This document shows positions 12,918 to 27,325 of a stretch of DNA of 64,000 nucleotides, piece after piece. Made by a program: the position numbers and the translations under genes. Below the pieces are notes generated by a model, which saw only the letters and a program-made list of their open reading frames with translations, was not told where the DNA came from and did no database searches. Each line of letters starts with the position of its first letter. The stretch's first letter is position 1. Source of the stretch: Octopus bimaculoides (taxonomy: Eukaryota); NCBI RefSeq assembly GCF_001194135.2, contig NC_068991.1, positions 43,447,349 through 43,511,348 on the forward strand, in the 5' to 3' direction.

Positions 12918-15446
12918 ATCTTTCAATTGGTAAAAACTCTTTACAGCAACAGTAAAAATAAAAATGAATTAGTTACAAACCCCTTAAAATATTAAATACT
13001 GAATTACTAATTTAAAACAATTTATAATTTCAACATTTACTGTTGACACATCTCTCGATCCTTAGATAAGTTCAGATTGCAATAATAGCAGACACAAGAC
13101 AGTAATTGAAGAACAGAATAAATAGTTAAGTGATACAGGTTAATAGCTTTACAATTTTTGAAGAATTAATAAAATACCATTCTAAATAATATCCTTTCAT
13201 CAATAACTATGCATTTGAATCAAAGCGGGGTTCCCCCCCCCCCACAAAAAAAAGAATTGCAAAAGTGAATACAAAACAAATAGCTCCAGTCCACCTATTC
13301 CCTATTACTCATCAGTTAATTTATTAAGAAGTTATTTGATAATTCTAGAACAAAATAAATTTGAGCTAATGTAGGGGCTGCTTATCTAGTTGCTGCACTT
13401 ATCTGGCAGTAAAGTTTTTTCTAACTTCCTTGCCATCTTTAAAAATGGGACTAAAACGAAGAATATTCAGACAGAACTGGATGGAAGTACTCAGCAACGA
13501 CAAGAAATTAACATGCAAATTAAAAAAAATTGACAAAAATAAATAAATAAATAGCAATAAAATGAATTGAATGGTAACTAAAATTAACTAATTAACTAGG
13601 CAAATTAACCACATCCAAAGGACAATTGCTGAGGTTGGTGAAAGCCAGTCTCTTTCAAAGAATAATTACAGATGGCAATGAGAACTTAACAACATTAATG
13701 AGATGGTAAGAAGAAATTGTGTATGGATTGGTTAGCAATTAAAGAAATGGTTTGGATTGCATAGCTATTATCATCAGCTTTCAAGTGAAAATAACTAAGA
13801 CAAGGTTAAGATGCACAAATTTCTAACCATAAAGTAAATACCTGTAATTGATTGTATGATAATGTTTTATATAATCCAATTAAAATTCATTTGTCTGTTT
13901 AATTTCTGTAAAGAAATACAATAGCTAAGTGGTTTGCTTACTAAACCATTGTCCAAAAGATCACAAAAATTTAAACTCTATGACTGAACTATTTTACTTA
14001 GTTTACTTAACAGAAAATAGTTACCACTCCCTGGCTTAAGACTAAATTTTAAAAAAGCATTAGTAAAGGTCATAAAAACTCCTGCTCTAAAATTTCAGGC
14101 AAGTGAAGTTTATAGACTTCTTGAAGTTATGTTTGCAGGGAGTAACAAATGAACAAGTAAGAAAAATATTTTTTAGATTATTTGAATATATAATAATAAA
14201 CAGAATAGAGAGATTTGCCTCGAATAGTTAAAAGTGAAATATTTAAGTTTCTATCTTGTACATCACTATTTAAAATTTAAATTATGTCAGGGCTGCCACC
14301 TCTTGTCGGCTTCATGAGGTATCAATAATGAACTTCAGTCATTTCAATCAACTTCACAATATGCTCAAAAATTTTATTATACCCCCTCTTAATTAATGTA
14401 CTAAATAAAAACAAGTTTTTTTACAAAATAAGTTAAGCATACGCAAAATGAGAATGCAGTTTGGAATCAGAATTACTAGCTGATGTATGTAACAAAATGG
14501 TCCTGAAATGTGATTGGAAAATATCTAACAAAAATGTTGCTATGAATTGATGGTAAAAGGTATCCTTGGTATAAATAAATGAAAGACTTCAGAGAAAGTG
14601 TTTAGATCAGATGTATGAAAACCGAGCTTCACAGGTAATACAGATTATACACATAATCAGTGATAGATGTGCTTAAAATAATCCTAAAAACATATCCATC
14701 TTATAAATTACCCTTAAAAATAGAATAAGTTTAAGAAAAAAATATAAATATTTGTCCTTTTTTTAAAATTTCTATATTATAATGTGTTTCTGTTTAACTA
14801 TCAACTTTTTAAAATATCCTAGTACAATATAAAGATGACCAAGAATTACTTTATTGTGCTTCTCTTTGTTAAATGTAACAGCAATTAGACAGTAATTGAA
14901 TGGTTTTACACAACATTCCCTCTTTGAAGAATGAGTTTTGTTTTCAGATGACACACATTAACCTCAAAACACAAATATGCAGAGGTTGATCATAAAGGTC
15001 AGTGCAAGAGAATGAAATTGCAGGTTTTTGATGTTAGAAGTATAACTTGTAGACTTGCATAAGACCAAAACCAGCTATTAGGAAGCAAAGACATTTATTA
15101 TCCAATGATAGTCAGAAATAGGTTACAAGGTAACACAGGCAGTACCTAGGTCAATTTTAATTATGTGGAAGTGTGAAAAGCCAGAACATACTAGTAAATC
15201 TGCTATTTACTTCAGAAACATTCTTTAGTAGGTAAGGTGAAAGAGTGGTATATCTTTCAAGACAGAACATGTTTTTCGACTCATAAGTTATACTAAAAAC
15301 AGAAAATGACTGAATAAATTATTTCATTAGCTAATGCGTAAATCCTATATCAGATATATATATACATAGAAAAAAAAAAAATGGTTAAGAATACATTAAA
15401 AAGTATGAAAGTCAAAAGAAAATTTTTTTACAACTTTTGTCCCTTT

Positions 15447-16084
15447 TTTGTTTCAGTCATTGGACTGTGGCCATGCTGGGACACTGCTTTGTAGAGTTTA
15501 GTCAAACAAATCAACCCCAGAAATAATTTTTTTATTTTTGGTATTTGTTCTATGGGTCTTTTTTGCCAAACTGCTAAGTAAAGGAGAGGTAAACAAATCA
15601 ATACCAATTGTCAAACATTGGGAATGGGACAATCACAAAAATATATACATACACACATATATGTATGTGTGTGTGTATGACAAGTTTCATCATCATTGTT
15701 AAACTTCCACTTTTTCATGCTTGCATGGGTCAGATGGAATTTGTTGAGACATTTTCTATCACTGGATGCCCTTTCTATCATCAACCTCACCTGTTTCCAA
15801 GCAAGGTAATATTTTCCCATAGCCAGACAGGTTTCCAAGGAAGACTGGAAACAATATGGCTTGTATGACAGTGATGCTTGTTTGCATGATGCTAAGACAA
15901 GAGTACACACAAACACATATATACAATGGGCTTCTTTCAGTTTTCATTTATCAAATTTACTTAGAAGGCTTTGGTTGGCCCAGAGATATAGTCAAATATA
16001 TTTGCCTAAAGTGCTACACAACGGGACTGAACCAATGATCATATAGCTGGGAAGCAAGCTTTTCAATCACACAGGCATGCTTGC
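15447..16084 (-). mobile_element. SINE family A copy with another repeat nested in its central microsatellite (about 15690-15900)
   Basis: Tail at 15447-15640 and head at 15925-16084, separated by sequence related to the LINE-tail/variant SINE repeats. Confidence 0.7.
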
Positions 16085-19000
16085 AGCTAATTTATAACCC
16101 ATGAACTGAGAGTCCTACTTATTTGACATTTTCTCTAGACACTTAAAAGTATTTAATTAGAAAAGAAAAAAATAGATCTATTTCTCTATAATCTAATCAA
16201 CTTACAAAGAACAATTTAAGATATTTGGGGTTTTTTTCCTGTCAAAGATAACTCATTAGGTTTATTTAAATAAATCACTAACAACAATTTTACTAATAAG
16301 TCACACAGTAAAAATTCTTCCTCATTAAAAGAACAAGTATGACTAAGTGGTGAATAACATGTTCAGTCAAGTTAAAAAGCCATTGAAACAAGTTGGGGCA
16401 AACCTAATTGTTTTGAGACTGTGCTCAAATTGTGGGGTAGAAAGAGAGGAAGGAGAGAGAAAAGGAATGAGTGAAAAAGTAATTTGGAGCATAGAACTAC
16501 TGCAAAAATGTAGTACCTTTTTAACTTTCAAATAGAATTAAACAAAATAAGTATTTGATTTTTTGAAAATAAAATGTGATAAAACTTTATCTTATTTTTA
16601 AGTGAATGTAATTAGATTTTTGAGCTAACTAATTTTGTATTTGTAAAATTATAAGGTTGTATCTTAACATTAATACTCGTGTAATATCCCCAATGAAGAT
16701 GTTTAACTTTGTCTAGTTTTGTTCTACTATTGAGACAGGGGTATAGCTTATAACTGTCAGAAGGAAGGAAACTATAACTGGAAAGTATTTCCTTGGCTTC
16801 TAGTTTTGGATTGAAATCCACTCACTGCAGGGATATTAACAACAGCATCAATATCACCATTTTAATGTCCACTTTTCCAATGGGTCAGATGGAATCCAGT
16901 GATACAGATTTTGTATGGTCGAATGTCCCACTCATCACCAACCCTCACTTGTTTACAAGAAAAGTAATATTACAACATGACTATTAACTATTCAGGTGTC
17001 ATGACATCTAATGTTTGGTCCTTTCCTCCATACCACATTCACTAGTCTCTCTCTCCCCACTTTTCTCTCCACCATCACCTTTGTTATATATGATATATAC
17101 AAGAGTAAAGAGGGTTTCATCAGCAATTAAAAGACTCATCTTCAATTCTTTCAGCCTCTGCCATCACTGTGATCAGACAATCAGAGTAGACTGTAGAAAA
17201 CTGCCTACTTAGTCTATGTTAAAAAAGAGAAATTGACAAGATAATTTTCACACTAAACTTAGCTGTCCTCTTCTATTTATCCTGTAACCATTTGAAGAAC
17301 CAGAACAGAAACTCAGTAAGATACACTAGACCTTTAAAAAACAGCTGCTATTGATTTATCTAAATAAAGTAATGATAGAATTAAGTGAGCATCTTCAAAG
17401 TACATCTAATATCTGAGAAGCATTTATTTTTCTCATTTAATAAGGTTTACTGGAATAAAGTGAAAGTATTAAAAACCTCATCACATTACTGAAATTTGGG
17501 AATATACTAACATGGGTTAGAGACACTTGTGCTAAAGATATATAGTTCAAACATATGTGCAGTAACCATATAAGAGTTAAAAATTCATGGTTTTGCTCAG
17601 AGCTGTAGAGTTAGAAGTAATTATTGAATTACTGGAGTTAGAGTCACTATGCTTTTATTGGTTCCAACTAAATGTAAATTGTAAAATAATGCATTAAAAT
17701 TTATTTCATAGATACTAATTCATTTGCTTTCTACAATGAAAATAATCTAAGCAAATTTGAAGATTTCTATAATAGAGGATCTAGTAGAAGCAATCCTGTT
17801 TTTAAGTATGTCAATAACTTTGGGATTTAACTCCTATTTTATAGCTGTTCCCATAATAAATTTTGCATGGATAGATTTTTCAGTCTTCTACAAAATAAAT
17901 TTTATCTATTGCTTTCTTTTATGTTACACTTACTTGAACTCTATATTCACTGATTTAAATCACTAAAAGGATTATGTATCCAGTTACTTAAGGCATTCAA
18001 TTTAGATTTAACACTGACTTTTTTTTTTTAATGTTAATCTAAAAACAAGACGATCTCAATAAAATTAGATAATCAAAATTTTTGGAAAATAATGACATGC
18101 AGATAAAAGTGACATTTCTATTTTAAGTTAACTAGTGATAGTTTATAAAAGTTGTATGGTTTTGATTCACTAACAATTTGTAGTAAAAAAAAAAAATAAA
18201 TAAATAAATAAAACCCAATCCCTCACAAGCTTAATAGAAAAGGTAGAGATGATGCACTCTAGTAAACTATCAAGAGACAAGGTGAATTTCTGTTCAACAC
18301 TTACCAAGTGTAACAGACTTTTAGAAAGTTTATTCACCAAACAAATGCTAGAGAAAGGAAAGTGGAAAATATTGACAGATTCAACATGTTTACACTGTCG
18401 ATAACCTTGCTTAGTTCATATAAATATACTGACTGCTTTATTTCCGAAACAAATGGTACATTGAGAACTCAAATATTGATATGATATTTGTATATATGCA
18501 AATAAATATATTGAGATGTGTGTGTGTGTGTGTGTCTGCATGCATGTGCATGTGTGTGTGCATCATGCATTTGGAGAACATTTCTTTAATGTATTCATTT
18601 AAACTATTTTTATTCTATTTATATTTTATTTCAAATACTGAAGAGTTTTCATTGCAATTATTGAATATATAAAATGGTAATAGAGGACAGAAACAACTGA
18701 ATTCTTAACAAAATGCCATAGACTACTACATCGTTTTTATGCTCAGTGTTCAAACCCCACAGGAATTAACTTTATCTTTCATCCCCCAAGGAGCAACAAG
18801 GAATCAGTTCAATGAACTATGCCTTTCTCCCAAAAATGTGAACTTCAGTTAATAAGAAATTATAATTGGGAATATTGGTATTAATTTTCCAAATTCCATA
18901 TTATCAGTGATTGAAGACAATGTCATTTTTTTATAGGATGTTCATCACTGGAATCATGATTATTTTGTGTATTACACAATATAATCTTTTATTTTGCTTT

Positions 19001-22000
19001 TGGTTGGTTGTTTTCCCTCAACTGGATATCTTCAATGTAAGGTCATATGTCCTTAACGTAAGAAATTAAACTTGGAACAAAAAAAAATCCACAAGAAATA
19101 AACATAAAATATTTAAAGTCTTTTTACTATTTCACATACACATGCATTCTTTCAGGCTCATAAGGCAAGATTATTTTGTGTATTATTGATAGCCTGATGA
19201 ATTATTGGAAACTAGTTTAAAAGATGGAATTCATCCTCTTCATAGAACAATTCAGCTGTGAAAGTCAAGCGGCATCTATTTGGTTGGCTAAGACAAGAAG
19301 AATAATGTCCTGTACAAGAATTGAACTTAGTCATTCAGCATTATTTGGAAATTTGTCTTGAGGTCACTGTACTTTTCTAACCGTACCTAACCATACTTTT
19401 CTGTTTGTTTTTCAATGCTTACATGATGGTTCTGAAGCAAAACATTTAAGTGACATAACTATACAGCATCTCTGTGAGGCTGAACATTCTCAAGTTCATC
19501 CTAACATGATTTCTCAAATTGTTGTTCTACCTTTATGTCTAAATCAGTTGATAATACACACGAAAATTAAGCAATTATTTTCCATGTATTTATAAAGAAA
19601 ACGTATGAAAGAAAGTCTTGTATCTTTTTTCCATTGCAGCTAACAAAAATGCATAAATCCCTTAAAATTACTTCAGATATTTAGTCTCACAATCTTTCAT
19701 GATGAACTTAAATATATATCATTATTGAAACTGAATCCCAGAACCCAAGATTCCACTTTAGAGTTAGAAAATACTGAACTCTGGTAAGTTGATGGCCTCT
19801 CCTAGAAAGCTTGTGTTTAATCCATGTTAGAGAACTGCTCATATATTTGAGAGGCACATGCAAACATGTGACACACAAACATGTGGAACTGCTATTTGAA
19901 TGAGTGGCAAAGATTCCTCAACATACTTCAACAACATCTCATTGATATGTTTCTTTTCTACTACAATGGCCTCTGCTCCACTAAGTTAACTAGCAATATA
20001 CCCCTTTCCATTCACTTCTACTTAGCTTCTTCCATCACTGCTTCATCCTCTAAATTCTACACAAAACACTTCATCCTTCTTCCTCACATCAATAGTGCTA
20101 TATGATCCTGCTCCAACAAACATTTTTACACAAGACATTGATTTACAACTTCAATTTTGGAAGACCTGCAAACCATCATAGGCATTGTGCCTCCTTTAAC
20201 TCATGCAAGATACAAATAAAATAAAAATCTAATTGAAGAAGGTATGAACCGAACTTACACTGAGCAATAATTTGGTAAAAGAAAGATGTAGATCAGTCTT
20301 CAACTTAATTTCTGTACTAATGTTTTATTTCTCTGTATATGTGTTATGTGCATTGTAATTCATATACACATGCACTAAATTTGTTGGCATACAAACTGCA
20401 ATTAAATCTAAATTTATTTATTGATGCTTCTTTTTTCCTTATCTTTTAAGAGTAAGATTGTTAAATATTTGTACAGAGAATTTAAAGTTGAGTGGAATAC
20501 ATTAAAGACATTTAATTTCAATTTTTACTTCAGAAAGTTTTTATAATTGTTGATTAATTAACAAAGATTCATTGCTTCTCTAACAAACTGACAAATACAA
20601 TTTTTAAAAATATATAAAAGAATTGTGCTTTTTATTGTCTCATGTGCAACCAAAAGTCACCTTTTAATTCTCTGAACAGCCAAAAAAAAAAAAGGATGAA
20701 GGAAAAAAAATATGGCAATGTTTTGATGAATTCCAGTCAGCTTAATCATTAATTATTTCATCAACAATCATTGAATTATCTTTCTATCAGATAAAACTGC
20801 TACAAAATAAAATCGAATTCAAATAATTGATTTTAGAATAAAGGAGATCAAACTTCTCAAGCAAATGTGATAGTGTTAGATAAAAAAGCTTTTAATGTTT
20901 TTATTCTATTTATTTGGNNNNNNNNNNNNNNNNNNNNGGGGGGGGGGGGAATAGACATTTAAAATATCAACTTGATTTATTTTCTGTTTGAAATTAAGAC
21001 TACATTGTGCTGTTTTGTTCATTTTCTATACTAGCATAAATTAGTCAAATGTTTATAAAACTGCCTCTATCTTACTGCTTCTGTTTTGGGATCATATTTT
21101 TTTAGGTCATTTTTATAACACACATTTAAATAACTTCTGTGTAACTGTCTAAATGCTTCCTAGGTTATCAACTTTTAAACAGGGACAACATAAAAGAATT
21201 TTATTACTTATTAATTCTCACTGGTCATTTCGAGTGATTATTCAATATCTTACCATTTTCCATTCTTGACACTAGCTATTCATCTATAAATTTGCATATT
21301 TTCTTACAATAATTGCATTGCTCCTTTCATCAAATTATCATATTGATTTTCTCTTACACATTACAACTTATTTCTTACCTCATACAATAAATATTACTCA
21401 ATGGATTAGTCATTTCAATTGTTATTAGTTTTTGGCAAGTCTTCTGCACTTAGTGCCCACTTTTCTCCCTTAACCATGCATCACAATATTATATTTTGCA
21501 CAAAGTTTTCTAAATGTTTCTGTTATTTTGCAGTGTTAGACCCATCCCATTAAAAAGAAAGCCATGTAAATAGATATAATGCCCTTTCTTCAAATATGGA
21601 ATGCCACCCCTATAACACATCTAATAAGTATCCTTAATTTATGTCTGAACTATACATACTATTTTTTCATGTAAATGCACTTTAGATCACTAAGTGTTGA
21701 GTGACTGTCAATCTCCTTGGAATGTGAAAATACTTCTTTTAATAACTATTAGATGAATAGTCAACATTACAGTTAACATACTTTCAACAAATATTCATAC
21801 AATTTCTTGCGACTAACAGTCACACCCCCAACAAACTTTACAGATATACAAAAAAAAAAGTTAAATAAAAGCTAAAATAAACTTTTCTATAATTGCCATA
21901 TGATTTTTAATTTTAAGAATCCGGTAACTTGTGGTTTATCAAATATCAATAATACAGTTAAAACACTCACTTAAAAGAAAAAGGAAAGGATAAAAATTCA

Positions 22001-22228
22001 AAAATGCTAGGCTGCAAAGGTCCATAAAATTTAATTTTGCATTTCATTCTTCTGGAGTCAATGACCCTCAAATATACTAGGATCCATATTTGAAGTACCT
22101 TTTAACTAAGCATTTAAATAATATAATAAAACTGAAATCTCAAAATTATGTCTGCCTCTACAGTTAAGCACCTCATAGGTACAAAACCAATGGCCACTCT
22201 CTGACCAGCCATAACAATCAAAATTCTG

Positions 22229-22271
<43 letters not shown>

Positions 22272-22312
22272 TATCATTTGTAAAAATATAAATCCGAAAG
22301 AAGCAGCACACT

Positions 22313-22434
22313 CATAAAGGGTTTAGCCTTATGGTGTATCATCAGATCCCATGGCTTTTTAAAAATATTTTTAAGAGGTCATGGGCCAACAGGTTTTTGG
22401 GGGATCTGACAATACTAAAGCTAAACCCTTTATG
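22313..22434. mobile_element. 122-bp MITE-like foldback
   Basis: Perfect 15-bp inverted repeat cataaagggtttagc / gctaaaccctttatg, inner tcagatccc / gggatctga, and a central aaaaatattttt palindrome. Confidence 0.6.
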
Positions 22435-22849
22435 GACTGGAAACCTAAGGTAATCCCATAAACTGGCCTTCCCCATTTTTAATATATATATATATATATA
22501 AAGAGCCAGCCATCACCTGCAAATAAATATTGTTAGGTAATGCATTTTGCATTCACTAACTGTTTTAAGTGCCTATGCAACCATGAAAGGACATAGATAC
22601 CCTCTCATCTCTCTCTCGCTTTTTGACCCAGTGGCACATCCAGCATGACAACTGGAGAGAGAGAAAGAATTGTACCAGCATCCAGCTGGTACTCATTTTC
22701 AACTCAGTAAACAGGAACATTGTGAAATGAAGTGCCGGGACAAAGAAGCAACATACTACCCATTCCAAGAATTGAATCCATGACATCATGATTGTGAGCC
22801 ATACAGCTTAACCGCTGCATCACATGCCTTCATACATACATGTGTCTAT

Positions 22850-23045
22850 TTCATCATCTTCATCACTTAACATCTGTTTTCCATGCTGACATGGGTTAGA
22901 TGGTTTGACAGGAGTTGGCAAGCCAGAAGACTATGCCAGGTTCCATTGTCTGTTTTGGCATGGTTTCTACAGCTGGATACTCTTCCTAATGCCAACCACT
23001 TTACAGAGTGTACTGGATGGTTTTTACATGACATCAGCATCGGTG
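22850..23045 (-). mobile_element. RTE LINE 3' tail fragment (or tail-sharing SINE)
   Basis: Related to the tails at 41178-41498, 43620-43785 and 50890-51100 (ttccatgct...atgggtt...ctacagctggat...ttcctaatgccaaccact). Confidence 0.7.
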
Positions 23046-26000
23046 GGGGTCATCAAGTAATTTGCAAGACAAAAGCCACTCAACAGGGAAGGGGAGTAGT
23101 ATTGTGGTGGGTAGTTTTGTACTAGTTGGAAGGTTAAATGTAATAGAGGGATAGACTATAGGTAATTTGTTATAGAGGAGATACATGGTTACTCTAGATG
23201 GAAAGGAAGGAAGAGATGAGAAAGGAGAGAGCCAGGGTTATAGAGAAAGAAAGAGATATAGAGAGAGACAGTTGATGGTAGACATATGTATAGGTTAATT
23301 TTTTTATTACACAAATTAAAAAAAGAACATCCTTATTCTTTTTGCATCTTACAAAAATGTTTCTAACTTTTCTAGTCATAAAACAACAGATTTTGTTGAA
23401 ATAAAGCCTACATGTTGAAGTACTAAATTCCAAAGCAGATGGTGGCTAATAAAATGAGATGGCTACAGTTGATACATTGACTGAACACATTTTAATCAGA
23501 GCATAAGTCTCCAAAATAAGTACATGCAGAAAACTTGCTGTTAATCTCATTCAAGATAATACAGTTAAATAATAACTCCTTGAGATAAAGGTGAGAGATT
23601 AAGTTGGCTCTAGTGAGATTTGAACTCAGAATGTAGAGACATGTAATTGCATACTGAAAGATATTTAATTCAATGCTCTACCTACCCTGTCCGTCTCTCC
23701 ACCAACCTAATTTGGAATCTAAAATAAATCTTTAACTTTGAATAATTACAGCAGAAAACCAAATGGCATGAATACTTTAAATGTTATTAAAACATCACCA
23801 ATCACTATTGGTTTGAATAATAATGATTTCTAATATTAATACAATATCAGGGTTGTGGGAAGGAACAGTTAATCAATTCCAATACTTGAGTGGTTTTCAT
23901 TTTATTAATCCTGAAGAGATGAAAGGAAAAGTCAATTCCAGCAGAATTTGAATTCAGAACATAACAGTACATGACTAAATATCACAAGGCATTTTGCTTG
24001 ATGCTCTACTTATTTTGCCACTCACCTCCTTATAATAATTGTTTTTAATATAGACACAAGGTTAAAAATTAATAAAAGAGCTTAGTCGATTAAATCAGCC
24101 ACTTTACTTACATCTATTTCATTTCATTAACCCCAGAAGAATGAAAGGCAATGTTGAGGTAAAGAGCTGTATAAAAAAGATAATTAATCTAAATGTGTAT
24201 ATTTGGTTTAAAATGGAATGTGCAAGTGTGTGAATATATAAGAAAAAGAGAGAGTGAGTTTAACAGAAGCTGTAGAAAGTTTATTCAGTAAGAAATATTG
24301 TATGTTTAGAATTAATGAAATTTAAAACCACTGTTAAAAAACAGCACAAAGAAAAATAGATGACCAGACATTTAAAGAGTTGAAACAGTCTTTTACTAAT
24401 CTTAAGAACTCACCAGGAATTGTCTACGAATGTAATTACATAGTAACCCTGACACAGTGACATATTAGAGAGAGACTCCAATTAAATGTTAATCAAAGAA
24501 AGAAGCCATGATTACAAGCCAAATTTCACAGTCTGTCATACATTCATTCTTAAAAGATTAAGTCTTCATTCCCATTCCCACGTTAATCCAACACCCAACA
24601 ATCTTTTAGATTGTATTACGTATAGTGAACCCATTACCTTTTAAACTGGATAAGTTCACCTTTTAAACTGGATGATAAGTTCACTGACATGAGCTAAGTT
24701 GTTAAATCAACAGAGGATTGGGGCAGCTTTATGCTGAAGTCTGTGCTTCCTAACAAAATTTTCAAAATAATTTCAGTGGCCTAGTAGATAAGGTATTACT
24801 TGACTGAGAAGTTGTATTCTTGTTATTGACATTGTACTCTTCAAGAAATGAGACAATAAACTATCTTTTAATCGAAATGTAAAATAGATAAAAAGATAGT
24901 GACTGAGCTGGAGTACGAAATTATCTGAAAACATGTGTTGATTTTGTGGTTTACAGTGTGAATATCAAATCCATCTTCACAAGTAAATGAGTGAGTGAAT
25001 GAGTTAGACTTGCAAAATAATCTGTTGCGAGCAAACAAATCAAATTAACACGAACACAATGTTAATTATTGACTGAGCTAGAGATACCTGTGGTTACTTG
25101 ACAAGCAAATTCGATAAAAAGGAATTTAGTGTAAATATAGGGCCAAGCTCCCAGTGAAGAAAAATTCATTGCATTCATTTCTCTGATAAACTGACCAGTT
25201 ATGTAAGTTATTCCATTAGCAATGGTTACAAGTATTGTTGCTGTTTGTTGAATAACTTTGATCAACACTACTTGAATAGACTAAAGGCATAGACAAGGCT
25301 GAATGAGTGCATAAGAGTAAACCAAAAGTTCAGATAAGCCATGATTTAGTCTGATCAGGGACTATACACTCCCTACCACATATGCAAAAGAGGCAGTTAG
25401 GACAGATACCTTCTGCTTAACCTCCTCCAATTTGTTCATACATGATTGAAAGATCTGACTGTTACAGTCAACAGAGGTGGAATACAAGATTATCTTAATT
25501 CTTGAGACTTGTTAAGAGGTAGATAGGAAAGTAGCAATAAATTGTATTATAACAGCTTCATTAGTATACACAAAAGTTTTATTTACAAAGAACATTCGCA
25601 AAAGAAACACGCACTAATAAGACAATCTAAATATTTTAACAGTACAAACCTCGGCAGACTATTTTACAGAAACCTTTCATTATGGAGTTGTCATTAAACA
25701 GGTCTTTTTTCAGTAAGATTCAAAATCAAGTACACTGATCAGTTTATTTTGAGGTTTGGTTGTGGACAGACCTCAAGCAAAGATAACCAAAGACCCCATT
25801 CCCAAGCCAGGTAATAAAGGCAACCTGCCAAGGATGACGTACAATCTGAATAAGCCCAATAGTATTTAAAAAGTACAACTCTAATCAAATGGAAGCAACA
25901 GGAACTCTACCAAAAGATGCAGAGTGGGTACCCTAGTTCTGAATTAAAACTGATAGCACTAATAGTTAGTGAAAGTTTAGAAGAAGCATCCAGCTGCAAA

Positions 26001-26621
26001 AATAAGAAGGAACAAATGGAAATAAAGAGAATACTTTAGTGTTGTTGTGGACATTATATACTACCAGTGACATGAAAAATTGCACCTAGTACATTCTGTG
26101 AAGTGATTGGTGATAGGAAAGGTATCCAGTCATGAAATCTTGCCAAAATTAACATAACAGTATTGGCTGGTTTTTCTCTATTACTGTGTGTGCCAGAAAA
26201 TGAGGGTCTGCCATGAATGACAATATGCAGGGAGACTCAAACAATGCATGAAACATTGTAAAAAGATATACAATAATGATGGGTTTAGAGTGTCCTTCCA
26301 CTTTCTCTTCAATTAAAGTCATGTGTGTTAGTAATTTCTTTCATGGTCTCAAGAATCTGTTTCAATACACTTATGAAATATTTAAGCTATTACAGCACTT
26401 GACCATCAGGCCAAAGGCTTTACTTCACACTATGTGTACATGACTTACTGAGAACCAGGAACTACACTGATTTCTTTGTGTTTAAAACGGGAATCCCGAT
26501 CTGAAACATTTTTAATAGTTCTTGCACATTAAAATTTACTAAACTTTCTAAACTATAGCATCATAAAGAGGTGGTTGAAAAAATATCACAATATCTTCTT
26601 TATATGTACTAATATTGATAG

Positions 26622-27098
26622 TTACCCTATGTGAAAGGCCTCTCCGAAAAGATACAACAGATATGCAGCCCATATGACATCAGGACAGTATTCAAAAGTA
26701 ATACAACACTTCACAAATATCTCCTTTGAATAAAACCACCAATAGAAGAGAATATGACCAAGAACTGCGTGTACTCCATCCCATGCAGCTGTGGTAGATT
26801 ATACATAGGCGAAACATGCCACCCACTCAAAATAAGGGCAGAGGAACTTTGCAAAGCTGTGACACAGGGAGGTATTGATAAATTGGGTATAGCTGATCAT
26901 GTATGGAAAAATGGAGACTACCTCCCTCTGTGGGATGAAGTTAAAATAATAGAGAGAGAACACCACTGGAAAATACGGAAACTAAAAGAAGCAGTACATA
27001 TGCTAGGACACAACATCCTCCTAAGCAGACCAAGTGCAGATATGAACAGCATATGGGAGCCAGTATTAAGGAAGGATAGAAGAATATTAGATTTATAA
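26622..27098 (+). mobile_element. Penelope-like element 3' fragment encoding a GIY-YIG endonuclease
   Basis: LPYVKGLSEKIQQICSPYDIRTVFKSN...TKNCVYSIPCSCGRLYIGET...ADHVW...WDEVKII...RKLKEAVHM is the typical PLE linker plus GIY-YIG; one premature stop. Confidence 0.9.
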
Positions 27099-27128
27099 GC
27101 CCTAAAATTCACTCCATAATTGCCCACA

Positions 27129-27200
27129 GGCATATGGCATAATGGTTAAGAGCACAGGCTACTAACCCCAAGATTCCGAGTTCGATTCCAGGCAGTGACC
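27129..27200 (+). promoter_or_regulatory. tRNA-derived Pol III promoter head (not a functional tRNA)
   Basis: A box tggcataatgg (27135-27145), B box gttcgattcc (27180-27189), anticodon-loop-like CT-ACT-AA; stems degenerate. Confidence 0.7.
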
Positions 27201-27280
27201 TGAATAATAATAATAATAATATTAATAATAATATCGAAAAATACCTTAGGAATGAGAACCCAGGTTTGAAATTTCCCCAA

Positions 27281-27325
27281 GACACCTGATGAAGGCTGGA
27301 GGGTATATCAGCCGAAACGTGTTAA
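27281..27325 (+). ncRNA. Minimal hammerhead ribozyme motif (Penelope-type), probably degenerate in this copy
   Basis: CTGATGA (27286-27292), an extra A, stem II ggctg/cagcc (27294-27298 / 27309-27313), GAAA (27314-27317) and palindromic ACGT. Stem I and the cleavage triplet are imperfect. Confidence 0.65.

Noticed and set aside
24636-24685. 22-bp tandem duplication; similarly an 18-bp triplication near 45362-45412
   Set aside because: Ordinary slippage events with no further structure.
27129-27200. Functional tRNA-Ser(ACT)
   Set aside because: Acceptor, anticodon and T stems do not pair properly; only the promoter boxes are retained.
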